The notes under the pieces: generated by a model | The model's input: only the letters and a program-made list of their open reading frames with translations | Databases searched by the model: none | What the model was told of the DNA's origin: nothing | Program-made: the position numbers and the translations under genes | Shown here: positions 22,364 to 33,598 of the stretch, one piece after another | Layout of the letters: each line of letters starts with the position of its first letter | How positions within the stretch are numbered: position 1 is the first letter of the stretch | NCBI GenBank assembly: GCA_964019335.1 | Contig: OZ025685.1 | Location: 372,001-436,000, forward strand | Direction of reading: 5' to 3' | DNA length: 64,000 bases | Origin: Diplonema japonicum | Lineage: Eukaryota > Protista > Euglenozoa: Diplonemea

Positions 22364-23367
22364 ATGAGATCTGCCAGCAGCATAATAATAGCGATCACGT
22401 ACGGGCTGGCGGTGTGCAGCGGGGAGAGGGTGAACGTGAAAATCGGAAGTGTAACCATCGGCGAGAAGGAGGTGCAGGAGGGCGCGACAGCTGACGGCTT
22501 GGTCTTCACAGAGAGGCAAAGGATCAATGTGGGAGTATGTAACACCCCCCCTCCCCCCTCTCCCCCTTTTATTTTTACCTACCACACGAAAGGTAAGCAT
22601 TACGGCGAACGGAAAGGCAGTAGAATCCATCGAACAAGCAGCTCTAAGGTTCACCCACCAGTCTGGCAAGCAGGTCTGGTTCCCCCTCGAATCTTTAAAA
22701 TCCGAGTCCTGGGCGGCCAATATCGACCTTATCCGCCATGCCGAGCAGTCCTTCTTCTTCACAGCAGGGAAGTACGCCCTCGCTCTCGTTATTTCCGACC
22801 CCTCTTTCAAGCAACAGACTGAGAGAGAGCTTGGTACTGTTACCATGGACTTCACCGCAACACCTCTTTTCAAGCAGAGAATGGAATTCTCTGAAATGAA
22901 GGACTGGGTCAGGAGGGCACCTCAGACATGGGACATGAAGCCTGCTGATGACCGTGGCAGCGCTGGGGTATGGGGGGGAAAAAAAAAAAAAAAAAAAAAA
23001 GGCGAGTCTGGCCTTCTCTGCCGCCTTTTCGGTCCCCGTCCTCATCCTGTTTGCGATGCTGTACAGCGCTGGTATCAATGTTAAGGGGCTTTTCTCGAAC
23101 CCGGCGGTATGTTAGAAAGGAGATTTTTATTTTTTTTTTTTTTCTTTTTAGACATTCCTCCGTTCTGTGGTGTTCCAGGGGTGCATGTGCGGTATCTGTG
23201 TTGTGACAGTGCTCTACTGGATTAGCTTGCCTTTGTTCCCTGCTTTGATGTATGTAGGGTTGGAAAAAAAAAAAAAAAAAAAAAAAAACAGTACTATTGG
23301 TGGTCTCGGTGCTGTCGCGTTCGTCTTCAGGCCCAAGGCAGCTGAGGAGAAGGCGAAGAAGGAGTAG
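22364..23367 (+). CDS. RPN2: Oligosaccharyltransferase subunit ribophorin II/Swp1-like, 274 aa; exons 22364-22534, 22593-22967, 23002-23106, 23152-23249, 23292-23367
   Basis: Four GTATG..AG introns (58, 34, 45 and 42 nt) join the frames into signal peptide + lumenal domain + 3 TM (ASLAFSAAFSVPVLILFAMLYSAGINVKGLF...VLYWISLPLFPALITIGGLGAVAFVF) with a KAKKE ER-retrieval-type end. The pattern matches the RPN2 C-terminus. Confidence 0.75.
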
Positions 23368-23477
23368 AACTCTCAGGGGGGGAGGAAAATATATAATGCC
23401 GCGCCTTTGGAAATATAATCGCAAAGGAAGGGGGAGGGTGGAAGGAAAAAAAAAAAAAAAAAAGAAGAATAAGTTAT

Positions 23478-23517
<40 letters not shown>

Positions 23518-23542
23518 AAGTGTATACCTTTTTTTTTTTTAA

Positions 23543-24299
23543 CCACTAAAGGACCATGAGGACATATGTGTCCTTAAGAAAAATTATCTTTTCTATGTGG
23601 CACTTTTTGTGCCCCACAGCCCCTGGACTTTACTAAGACCCATTGTTCCGCGATTTTCCTTTATTTGAAATACCCTTTTGCGCGAAGAACAAACACAAAA
23701 ACCCGTCCCCAAGTGGGTTGCTTGGTGTCCTTTTGTACTTATTATTTGAGAGCAGCTTCTCAGGACCTTCTGAAGAGCTTCTTCCAACTCCAGCACCACC
23801 TCAGATGAGGGTGCTCAAGGCTGTGCCAAAAATAAAAAAAAAAAAACAATTTTACACCTGCAAAACGTGCAATGTTGCCCTGTGCCCTGAGTGCTTTGAG
23901 ATTTTTCATACAAAAAATGACTACCCTGACATGATAAAAAACCGACAATTCTGGAGACGCTTGAAAAAAAAAAATCCTCAAGGGCTTCAGCGCCCGCCAG
24001 GACCCAATGTTGGAAGAAAATCGACATCTGTAGAAGAAAAAAAAAGTGAGGGAGGCTGTCCTCGCCCAAGCGCCCTCGAGTGGGTTGAGCAATATATTTC
24101 CTCTCCCGACCCCGTATGAACACTAAGTAAGCCCCCCTGCATGGAAAATAAACTGTTTTTTTTAACCCCTGGGTCACGTGCTTTTTAAAGGGTATAGTGT
24201 ACTTTCCTATGGTTAAACTCTCGCATTTTTTTTTCCCCGGGTTCATAAATAGACAGTCCTTGGCACTTTTTTTCGCCAAAACCCCCGGTCCTTTAGTGG
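23543..24299 (+). mobile_element. Non-autonomous piggyBac-like element (deletion derivative)
   Basis: TTAA|CCACTAAAGGACC ... GGTCCTTTAGTGG|TTTTAA TIRs; internal YTCKTCNVALCPECFEIFH matches the piggyBac C-terminal cysteine-rich domain. Confidence 0.8.
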
Positions 24300-24626
24300 T
24301 TTTAAAAAAAAAAAAAAAGTGTTCTCGTTTTGGCCCTTTTTTTTTTTCCCCCCCACCCTCTCCCTCCAATCTTTTTTTGTAGTGTGTAACAATTGTTTTT
24401 TTTTTAATATTTTTTTTTAAAAAAAAAAAAACAGAGAACTAAAAAAAAAAAAAAAAAGCCGATCCGATTCACTCACACGTTACCTTTTATTTTTTTTTGG
24501 CGCCATCCCCCCCCCCCTTTTTTTATAACTCTTATTTCCACCCCGGTGCCTCTTATATTAAATTTAAACGTAGAAAGGAGGAGACGGGTGGTGGTGGGGC
24601 GAGTCTCGCACACACAAAAAAAAAAA

Positions 24627-26079
24627 ATGTCGATCGCCATAGGAAAACGAGTAAAACCGAACGTGGATGACACCCTTGAAGAAGAAGAGAACGGCTTGCT
24701 AAAACACCCTGTAGGTACACCAACGTCCCACCCAATCCACTCCGACATAGATAGAAAGGAAGTAGTCACAAACCTCGGCGTGTGCTGCCTGACATTATTC
24801 AACTTCCCTTACGGGTGCATCTGCACCACCATGGGCATGTTCGTCCTACCAGCGGAGGCAGTACGACTCTTCCCCGAAAACGAGTCTTTTGCGTTAGGTT
24901 GTTTCCTACTATCCGTTGGAGTATCACAACTAATTTGCCCATACATAGGCCTGGTATCGGATAAGTGCACATCACCATTAGGACGCCGCCGCCCCTTCAT
25001 CATAGGAGGTACTATAGCAAGTTTATTCTTAGTTGCCGTTATGCAATGGTGTTCGGTTCATTATTACAAATGGGGTTTTGGAGCAGCGTTGTTCGCTGCA
25101 ATGTTTTCCTTGAACACGGTGTACTCAGCACAATGTGGTTTGGTACCAGATCTTGTTCCGGAATCGAAGCAGGGTTTGGCGTCTGGTACGGTGGCTGCTA
25201 TGCAGCTAGCAGGTTCTTTTTCGGGTTTCATAGGAGTCATGATGTCAAAGGACAGAGACATACACCTCGCGTACCCATTGTACCAGATTTTGCTATCTGT
25301 CACAGTTGTGATTATCTGTGCGTGTTGTCAAGAGGTACCGGAGTTCACTAAAACACCCCCGACTATGAAAGAGATCGTGAAGTCCTACACAATAGACACC
25401 ACGAAGGACGCGGATTTCTTCTGGGTGTTCGTTTCCCGCGCGTTTTTTTACGCTGCTGTTTCCTGCCAAGCGTTCATGTTGTTTTACATACGGGACGTCG
25501 TCGGGACAAAGGACATCGCGGAGGCGAGGAAGCAAATGGCGACCATTGCTCTCATCGGCCAGTTCACCGCAGCGTGCGTCGCGTACCCTGTAGGACAGCT
25601 TTCCGATTTGTCGCTCGGAAGAAAATCGCTTATCTACCTAGCGTGTTGCGTCATGGCCTTCGTGTACATCTGTTTCATAACAATGCCGCTTGTGTTCTCC
25701 GCTTCGCGGCTCATATCGTCTGTGTACTTTATCTCGTCTGTGTACGGGGTTGGGAATGGGTGTTACCTGGCTGTCGATTATGCTCTCGCGTTGGATGTGC
25801 TGCCTTCAAAGGCGACTTCATGTCAGGATTTGGGTGTTTGGGGGATTGCTGCTTTCCTTGGGTCGTCCATCGGGCCAATGGTGTATGGCACTGTGCTTGA
25901 GGTGGTGGGGAAGCGGGAAGGCGTTGACGAGTATGGGAGGGGGAGGGGGAACAAAAAAAAAAACAAAAAAAAAAAACACCAGGTATTACTATAATGGATA
26001 CGTTGTTATGCTGCTCCTTGGGTGTCTTGCTTGTGGTGCTTCAGGATTTTTCGTCCGTTTTGTAAAAGGAAGTAGGTAG
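24627..26079 (+). CDS. MFS transporter, GPH/SLC45-SUC-like sugar carrier; exons 24627-25930 and 25983-26079
   Basis: GLVSDKCTSPLGRRRPFI and GQLSDLSLGRK loop motifs; ~12 TM. Removing intron 25931-25982 (GTATGG..CCAG) restores the last TM YVVMLLLGCLACGASGFFV. Confidence 0.85.
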
Positions 26080-26292
26080 TGAAAGGAATGGGGATAAGGG
26101 GTGGGGGGGGGGGGGGGGGGGGAGATATTGCACTGGGATACAGCACAGGAGACCACTGTGAGCCTAACGAGAGAGAGAGTCTGAATACTTACTTTTTGTG
26201 TGCCCTCCCTCTTACCCCCAGCGTTTTTTAAGAAATTGTTTTTTTTTCCGGCTGTGTGTGTGTTTTTCTGTGTGCCCTTTTTCTCTCTCCCA

Positions 26293-26329
<37 letters not shown>

Positions 26330-26645
26330 TTGCAAGCGTGCAAAGAGTTCGTTGTTTCTCACAAAAAAAAAAAAAAAAAAAAAAAAGAGGAAAAAAGAAA
26401 AACAAAAGTGTATTTTTTTTGTTTTAACAATATTATTGTCGAGACTAAAAACTAGTTGATGGCAGCGTAATGAGCTATTTTATTAGGTAAAATTCCGCTC
26501 GTGCGCACAAACAAATGGAGCGCCAAACTAGTTTTTCTTTCAAAACTCTTGTTTTTTTTTTTTTTTTTAAGGTGGTCCTCAAGCGGGATTTGCCCTTAAC
26601 ATCGCCTTTTTTTTCCTTTTTTGGAGCGATGGCAGCGAGTTACCT

Positions 26646-26780
26646 CCTTAAGAAACTGGGCAGGAAGTGACAAGAAGAAAGAAAGAAAGGCCGAGGCCCC
26701 AGAAGGGAGAAAGGGGGTAGATAAGTAGAGACAAGGGGGTCGTTCTAAAACAGGAACCTCCTTTATCATCTCTCTCTTTT
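26646..26780 (+). mobile_element. Isolated 3' end of the LINE-like element seen at 17905-18070
   Basis: Near-identical CCTTAAGAAACTGGGCAG...GGCCGAGGCCCCAGAAGGGAGAAAGGGG...AAAACAGGAACCTCCTTTATC, with an internal deletion. Confidence 0.75.
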
Positions 26781-26802
26781 TTATTATTTCTTTACAACCC
26801 AA

Positions 26803-26847
<45 letters not shown>

Positions 26848-26876
26848 AAAAAAGAAAAAAAGGAACTAACACGAAC

Positions 26877-26914
<38 letters not shown>

Positions 26915-27802
26915 CTTTATCTGTGTACCTGAAAAGAAATTAGGTTTGAAGAATCTTGCGTCGAATAGACCAAAAAAAAAAAAAAAAGAACAAGTTATTT
27001 TCCTCTTTTTTTTTTTTTTTTTGTTTTTTTTTTTGTTTTCCGATTTTTAGATTAACGGGTTGTTTTCCTCTTGTTATTTTGTTTAATACCGTACTAGGCA
27101 TCTTTTCTCACCTGATTATTAACTCTAAAATAAAAAAAAAAAAAAAAAGAAAAGCCACACACTTCAAACTACTCCCCCCGAGTCTTTGATTTGTCTAACA
27201 AAGATTTCTATAAGAGAAATAGGGAAGACAGCAGGGAGGCAGAGAAAGAAAAACAAAAGGATTTAGTCCATTTGAGAATTTCATTTTTGCTTGAAGAATT
27301 TGGTGGCACTTACTGCCAAGCTTCCTTCCCCATGTTTTTCTTTTTTTAAAAAAGGAGCAAACAAAACTTTTTTTTTTGGGTGGGATTTGGTGAGCAATTC
27401 TTCTTTTTTTTTTGAGATGAAGTAAAAAAAACTTTCTTTTTTTTCTTTTTTTTAGTTGACGTGTTTTATTCCCCCCCCCCCCCCCCCACCCTCACTTCTA
27501 TACCTTGGTGGTCCCGTTTGCATTTGCTCCCACCATTGTATTTTTTTTTTTCGTGTTCTTTTTCTACACACTGTGGGGGGATTAAAAAAAAAGATTTTTT
27601 TTGTTTTTTTTTCCCCATCTGTTTTATTATTTTCCCCTGCGTGCCAACAAAACAAAAACAAAAAAAAAACAAAGAAAAGAAAAGAAAAGAGAGGTAATTT
27701 TGACATTTTTCCCATTTTCATGACATTTTCTTTCAAAACAAAAACTTTTAATCATCAAAAAAAAAAAAAAAAAAGGAGGCGGGTGGGAGGGGAAAACAGG
27801 GT

Positions 27803-27803
<1 letters not shown>

Positions 27804-27838
<35 letters not shown>

Positions 27839-27843
27839 CTGAG

Positions 27844-27872
<29 letters not shown>
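27804..27872 (+). promoter_or_regulatory. Putative spliced-leader trans-splice acceptor: long T tract, CTGAG, poly-A leader
   Basis: About 35 T, then CTGAG (AG at 27842-27843), then about 29 A directly before the ATG at 27873. Confidence 0.45.
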
Positions 27873-27875
<3 letters not shown>

Positions 27876-29126
27876 TCCATGCGCGAAAAACACGCCCACC
27901 ACAGACCCACCCATATTGGGGTGGATTTGGGACAAAGCTGGACCGCCCCATCAGACACTTCACGGGGTGCAAAGAAACGGCAAAGAAACGCAATGCTGGG
28001 CTTGGTAGCAGTCGCATTGGGTGTTGTAATGGTTCTAATCCTGTTAGTTGAAATTGCGTCCACTGGAAATCTAAGTCAACAACACCCCGAAATTGACACG
28101 GGTTCTGGTGAAGACGAACACGAGAAGCGAGACATTATAACAACGGAAGGTCCTTTGAAACACCCAAAACTCCCCAAAACCCAAGACAGCGTGGGAAATA
28201 TCAAACCGAGCGAGCTCTTACTTCGCGGGAAAACCGCAGGCAACGACCAACCCAGAAGAAAAAAGGGAGCAAACCAACACCCACCCTTAATCAAAGACAA
28301 ACTCACACTGGTACTGTGCACGTGGAGCGGTGACACGGAAGGGTTCCCCCGTGTTGAAATGCTGTTCTCGTCGGTTTCAAAATTTTTATCGAAAAAATCG
28401 CTTCACGAACTGTTGCTGGTGGTGCCCGATGGTGATTTCCCGCATTTTAAGCAGGAATTTCAACAACGAACTGTAGGGTTTCCAGTGAGGCTGGTCGCTG
28501 ACGAGCGTTTAAAAACCCTCGAAAAAGAAGAAATGCTAAGCCTAACCCCGAAGGGTGAGCTCAAGGAAAACGGCGGCCGCGGGGCGAACTACCGCATGCA
28601 AATGCTCCTCAAACTCCTCATTTCAAAGGAAGTCCAGACTGCCTTCTACATCACCTTAGATAATGATGTTTTCTTTAAACGCCCAACGGAGTTCTCCGAT
28701 CTTATAATCAACGGGAAGGCCATAGTTCAGGGCAGGGAAGCGGGCCGCCACCGTGCTTCGTGGTGGTCCGCATCGGGGACCATTCTTCAGAACCCCCATG
28801 ACTGTGGTTCTTCCCTTGTACGCGATCCTTTTCAAATAGGAGTGACGCCTGCGATTTTGCACACCCACGCGACACGCTCCCTCATCTCGACCATCGAGGC
28901 CCGGAACGGCACCTTTGACAGGATCCTGTTCCAATACCTGTCGAACAAGGGAACGGCTGACTGGACGGAGTACACTCTGTACTGGTCGTTCATCTGTGTA
29001 AAGAATTATGGAGAGGTCCTGCACACGCACCTCCCGGATAGGCGGCTTTATGACACTTCGGGTTTTGCTTGGAGCTCTTTTGACTCTTACGATGTTGATG
29101 CAGTGTTCAAGGATAACAGGTTTGTT

Positions 29127-29169
<43 letters not shown>

Positions 29170-29266
29170 AACATTACCACACAGCACGTTTTTCGGGGTT
29201 GTGCAAAGTATTTCCGGCGCGCCTTCCGCGGATGTTATAAAAGCGTTGAGCCCGAGATTTGTGTGA
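27873..29266 (+). CDS. Type II membrane glycosyltransferase-like protein (GT-A fold, DxD); exons 27873-29119 and 29185-29266
   Basis: N-terminal TM LGLVAVALGVVMVLILLV, a stem, YRMQMLLKL, ITLDNDVFF (DxD) and WTEYTLY. Removing intron 29120-29184 (GTTTGT..ACAG) gives ...STFFGVVQSISG...FV*. Confidence 0.7.
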
Positions 29267-29492
29267 GCGGGGCGGGGTGGGGGATATGGAGAAGAAGAAA
29301 AAAAAAAAAAAGAGAGAATAATAGTGCACTCTACCCAATAAAGAAAGCGTTTGTTTTTTTGAGAGGGGTGGGTAGGTGGGGTATTTTTTTTGAGGCCCGA
29401 GGGCTCAAGAATTCTTCTTCGAGGTGCCCACTCCCCCCCCCACCCCACCCCACCCCGAAGGAAATAAGACCGCCTTTTTTTTTTATTGGGTA

Positions 29493-30045
29493 TTATACAG
29501 GAAAATTATTTTATTTCACTCTTCGTCATTTTCTTCACTCACTAGGGGCCTCATTATTTAACGCGAAATCGCCATTATTTAACTAGTTAAATAATGAGAT
29601 TTTGCAGTTAAATAATGGCCCTTCAGAGTGGAAAAATGAGTCTCGCCGTGGAAAAAAATGCACCCAACCCCTTGAAAAATTTTTTTGGGGTGGGGGTATT
29701 TTGACTATTTTTGGCCATCTGAGGCCATTCCAGCCCTTAAAAGTGGGAATAAGTGCCTTACTTTCCCTTTAAATGCCACGGCGAAATAGCAACCCCATAT
29801 TACCTTAGGAAACTCCCCAAAAAGGCTGACCTGCGTGAAAAAAAACAGCAGTGAAAGCAGTGAAGAGTGAGTGACTCAAATGACGAAGAGTGAAATAAAA
29901 CGACTTACTTGCCGCCAAATGAGCCATTATTTAACACTCGTTACCCGTTTTTTTGCACTCGGGCCCTGCGGGCCCTCGTGCAAAAAATTCGGGAACTCGA
30001 GTTAAATAATGACTCATTATTTGTTGGCAATAAATAGTTATTATT
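29493..30045 (+). mobile_element. Non-autonomous Crypton-like element
   Basis: Inverted repeats TTTTATTTCACTCTTCGTCATTT / AAATGACGAAGAGTGAAATAAAA. Terminal palindrome centred on GCACTCGGGCCCTGCGGGCCCTCGTGC (29955-29981). The end AATAAATAGTTATT is the reverse complement of the start of the 55172 element. Confidence 0.6.
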
Positions 30046-30442
30046 GTGAAAAAGATTAAAAAAATTAAAGTTTAAGGATTTCGATTCATTTTCTAAATGA
30101 GAAAATAAAATTCCGATATTTTTTCCAAGGGGGCTGTGGATTTTCAGTCACTTTTTTTTTTAAAAGGGGAAAATTTATGAGCTTGCCCCCGGTCATACTT
30201 CTACTGTGGTTCCCTTTTGTCAACGTTTTTATTTTTTTTCGGTGGGCCGTTGCTAACTAGTTTTTCACAATAAAAAAAAGAAGAAAATGGGTTAATCGGG
30301 GGGGGGGGGGGGGGGGGGAGAGAGGACCGGAGGAGGAAAAAATAAAAAAGTGTGAGCACTTATGGTTTTCTTTTCTTTTTTTTTCTTATTCCTAGCAAAA
30401 AGAGAAGGAAAAAAAAAGAGAGCAAATAAACAAAAAACAAAA

Positions 30443-31123
30443 ATGTTCCGCCAAACCGCGAGGGTTCTGTCGCTCATCACCAGCAAGGTGGAGGGGAGGG
30501 TTGGTATCGTGGGGCTGAACAGGCCCGAAGCTCTGAACGCCCTGAGCACGCCTTTGGTGAACGAAATGGCCGCCAAGATCGAGGAGTTCGACCAGAGCAA
30601 CGACATCGGCTGCATTGTGCTGACAGGGGAGGGGAAGGCCTTCGCTGCAGGCGCCGATATCAAAGAAATGAAGGACATGGACTTCAGCGAGGTGTACAGG
30701 ACAGACCTCTTCGGGGACATGAAGAAGGTGAGGGCTGCCAAGACACCCATCATTGCCGCAGTCAACGGGTTTGCCCTTGGCGGGGGCTGCGAGCTTGCTA
30801 TGCTATGCGACATTATCTACGCTTCTGAGAAGGCAAAATTCGGCCAACCCGAGATCAAACTCGGCACCATCCCGGGCATCGGGGGCACCCAGAACCTCAC
30901 CAAGCTCATCGGGAAATCGCGGGCCATGGAGTGGGTTCTTACCGGGGACGTGTACAGCGCTGAAGAGGCCCTCAAGGCAGGGCTTGTTGCCAAGGTGTTC
31001 CCCCACGACGAGCTGTTCGCCAAGGCTCTCGAGCAGGCCACCAAGATCGCCGGATACTCCCGCGTAACAACTGAGCTTGCGAAGGTCGCAGTCAACGAGG
31101 CTCTTGAGCTGGGCATCAGGTTT

Positions 31124-31173
<50 letters not shown>

Positions 31174-31309
31174 CCTTCTAAAATAACGCAACAGTGACGG
31201 CCTTCACTTCGAGAAGCGACTGTTCCAGTCCACCTTCGGCACCAAGGACAAGATTGAGGGCATGAACGCGTTTGCCGAAAAGAGGCAGGCTAACTGGTCC
31301 CACATGTGA
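30443..31309 (+). CDS. ECHS1: Mitochondrial short-chain enoyl-CoA hydratase; exons 30443-31119 and 31195-31309
   Basis: [37 protein letters not shown] and FGQPEIKLG. Removing intron 31120-31194 restores [31 protein letters not shown]. Short presequence MFRQTARVL. Confidence 0.93.
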
Positions 31310-31735
31310 TTTCTTTTTTTTTTCTCCTTTTTTTTGTTACCTACACTTGGGGGGGGGGGGGGGGGGGGGGTGAGCAAAAAGGCTGATTTTCTTTATAGTG
31401 TGTTTCTTCTTTTTTTTTCTTCTTTTCTTGCAGAAAACGTTTATAATTCATAATTAAAAAAAAGAGGGGGGGAGGGGAAGGAAAAAGCGGGGGGGGAAAG
31501 GAGCGAATATAAAACAAAAAAAAGAAAACAACATAAGTCTCTCCTTTCCCTTTTTCCCTTTTCCATTCCCCCCCCCCTTTTTTTTCCCCCTTTTTTTATT
31601 TCTTGGTATTCCCACCCACCCCCTATTTTTCCCTTCAAAAACTTCCTCCAGCACACACATTGTCCCAGTCGCCATACCCGGCTTCTCCTGTGGATGCGTT
31701 AAAATAAAAAAAATTAAAAAAAAATTTAAAAAACT

Positions 31736-32860
31736 ATGCAAACCACTGTTATGCTAGCCGTGGTAACGGTGTCTCTTTCACGGCCAGCTGACAAACGGCT
31801 CACAGTGGTGAACGGGTGCGATACGGAACCTATCTGGATTGCGAACCAGGGGTTTGCACAGAACTACGTCCCCCCGCAGATGAAGAAGCTGGACCCCGGC
31901 AAGAAAATCTCATACGAGATCCCAAACAAGGGTTTGGAATCAACTCGGTTCTGGCCGTTGGCAGGCTGCAACGAAACCTCTGGTCAATGCGCGATCGGTC
32001 AATCCGTTGGCAGCACCTCAAACCTGCCCCCGTGCGGCGTAGGCGGCTGTGCCCCAGCCATCGATTCGAAATTCGAAGTGACCTGGGGTTGCACGCTATC
32101 CGAAAAAGAATGCGGAAAAAACCGTGAAGGAAAATCTCTATTCGGCCCTGACTACTTCGATGTGTCTCTAGTTGACGGCTTCAGCCTCCCGTACAAGGTT
32201 AACTTCGGCGATTGCACGCCGCCCAGAAGATCAGACGGGAAAAAAGTCCATGATTTTGACGCGACAAAGTTAGACTACCTTCGAATGTGCCCATTCTTCA
32301 ACGACACAAATATCGGAGAGAAAACCCTTGACCTTCGTCTGCACAGCCCGCGTGGGGATGGTGTGGTGGGGTGTCTCTCCCCTTGTTCAAGACTCACTGT
32401 TCCTAACTGGAGTTCACCCGCTTTGAATTACACGACGAGTTCCAACCAAGCCAAATGGTACTGTTGTCCTGCGGGGTCTCTGGGTCCCGGTCAGCAAACC
32501 CCTGATAAATGCGAGTCGGGACCGGTGAACAGTACGGAGTACGTGGCGAATATTCACGAGTTTGCGCCTGATGTTTATGCGTTTGCGTATGACGACGGGT
32601 TGGGGGGGTATCATTGCCCCGCTAATACGTCTTACACCGTGACATTTCACTGCCCCCCCGTCCCCGCCCCCGGCCCGCCGACGCCGCCCCCGCCGACCCC
32701 GGCGCCTACGGCGCCGCCCACCCCCACACCAACGTGTCAGGCTTGCACAGGTCCTTATTGTTGCGACCCCACTACAAGCCCGCCTCAAAAATGTCTCGAC
32801 GGGTCGTACTGCTGTCCTTGCGGTGCGAAGTCCTGCGAGTGCCCGAGTCCTTCGTTGTGA
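31736..32860 (+). CDS. Thaumatin-like protein (PR-5 fold) with Pro/Thr linker and C-terminal Cys-rich module
   Basis: LTVVNGCDTEPIW, RFWPLAGC, DYFDVSLVDGFSLP, GCLSPC, YAFAYDD and YTVTFHC motifs; signal peptide. Confidence 0.88.
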   Translation: MQTTVMLAVVTVSLSRPADKRLTVVNGCDTEPIWIANQGFAQNYVPPQMKKLDPGKKISYEIPNKGLESTRFWPLAGCNETSGQCAIGQSVGSTSNLPPCGVGGCAPAIDSKFEVTWGCTLSEKECGKNREGKSLFGPDYFDVSLVDGFSLPYKVNFGDCTPPRRSDGKKVHDFDATKLDYLRMCPFFNDTNIGEKTLDLRLHSPRGDGVVGCLSPCSRLTVPNWSSPALNYTTSSNQAKWYCCPAGSLGPGQQTPDKCESGPVNSTEYVANIHEFAPDVYAFAYDDGLGGYHCPANTSYTVTFHCPPVPAPGPPTPPPPTPAPTAPPTPTPTCQACTGPYCCDPTTSPPQKCLDGSYCCPCGAKSCECPSPSL

Positions 32861-33598
32861 AAAGACAGAGGGGGGGGTTTTTTTTTCCCTTTCTCTCGTG
32901 TGTTCCAAAAAATCCTTTTTTTTTTTTTTTTGCGTGAGCGTATCTTAATAGTTCCATATTTTTTTTGTTATTCACTGAAAGCACAAAAAAAAAGAACGAA
33001 TAAAAAGGGTAACGTACCATGCCTTTTTTTTCATCGCAGCACGGTACCCCCCCCCCCCCCCCCCCCCCAGGTTTTCGAAAAGGTCACAACCTTGCACCCT
33101 TATAAAGTTTTCGGGAGTCCCGGGATGTGTGTCTCTGGCCGTGTGATGAGGTTGCATGATCACCGCCTTTAGGTCCTGAGATCCTAGCAGGGCAACGTTG
33201 CCCTCTCGGGTGGCAAGAAGTAGAAAGAATCGAGTAAATTGCTCACGAAACCGTAAAACTAGAGTTTTTTTTTTTTTTTTTTTTTTTTTCTTTTTTTTTT
33301 TTTTTTGCGGAGAAGAGAGCACGCGCCCAAAGAAGTGTTACTCGATAGCTTTTGTACTTTTTACCCATAAGATGAGAGAAAAGAAAAAAAAAAAAGAAAA
33401 ACGTTCCAGTCAGCAATCTCTTTCCTACATTTGTTGGTACCCCCCCCCTTCTTTGGTGGTCTTTTGCTATCACTGTTTTTTTTTTTGTTCCCTCTCTCCT
33501 CTCTCTTATTTTATAAAAAAAGAAAAAAAAGAAAAACTCGATGCAAACGAAATAAAAAAAACAAAAAAAATAAAAATAAAATAAAAGGTTTACATGAC

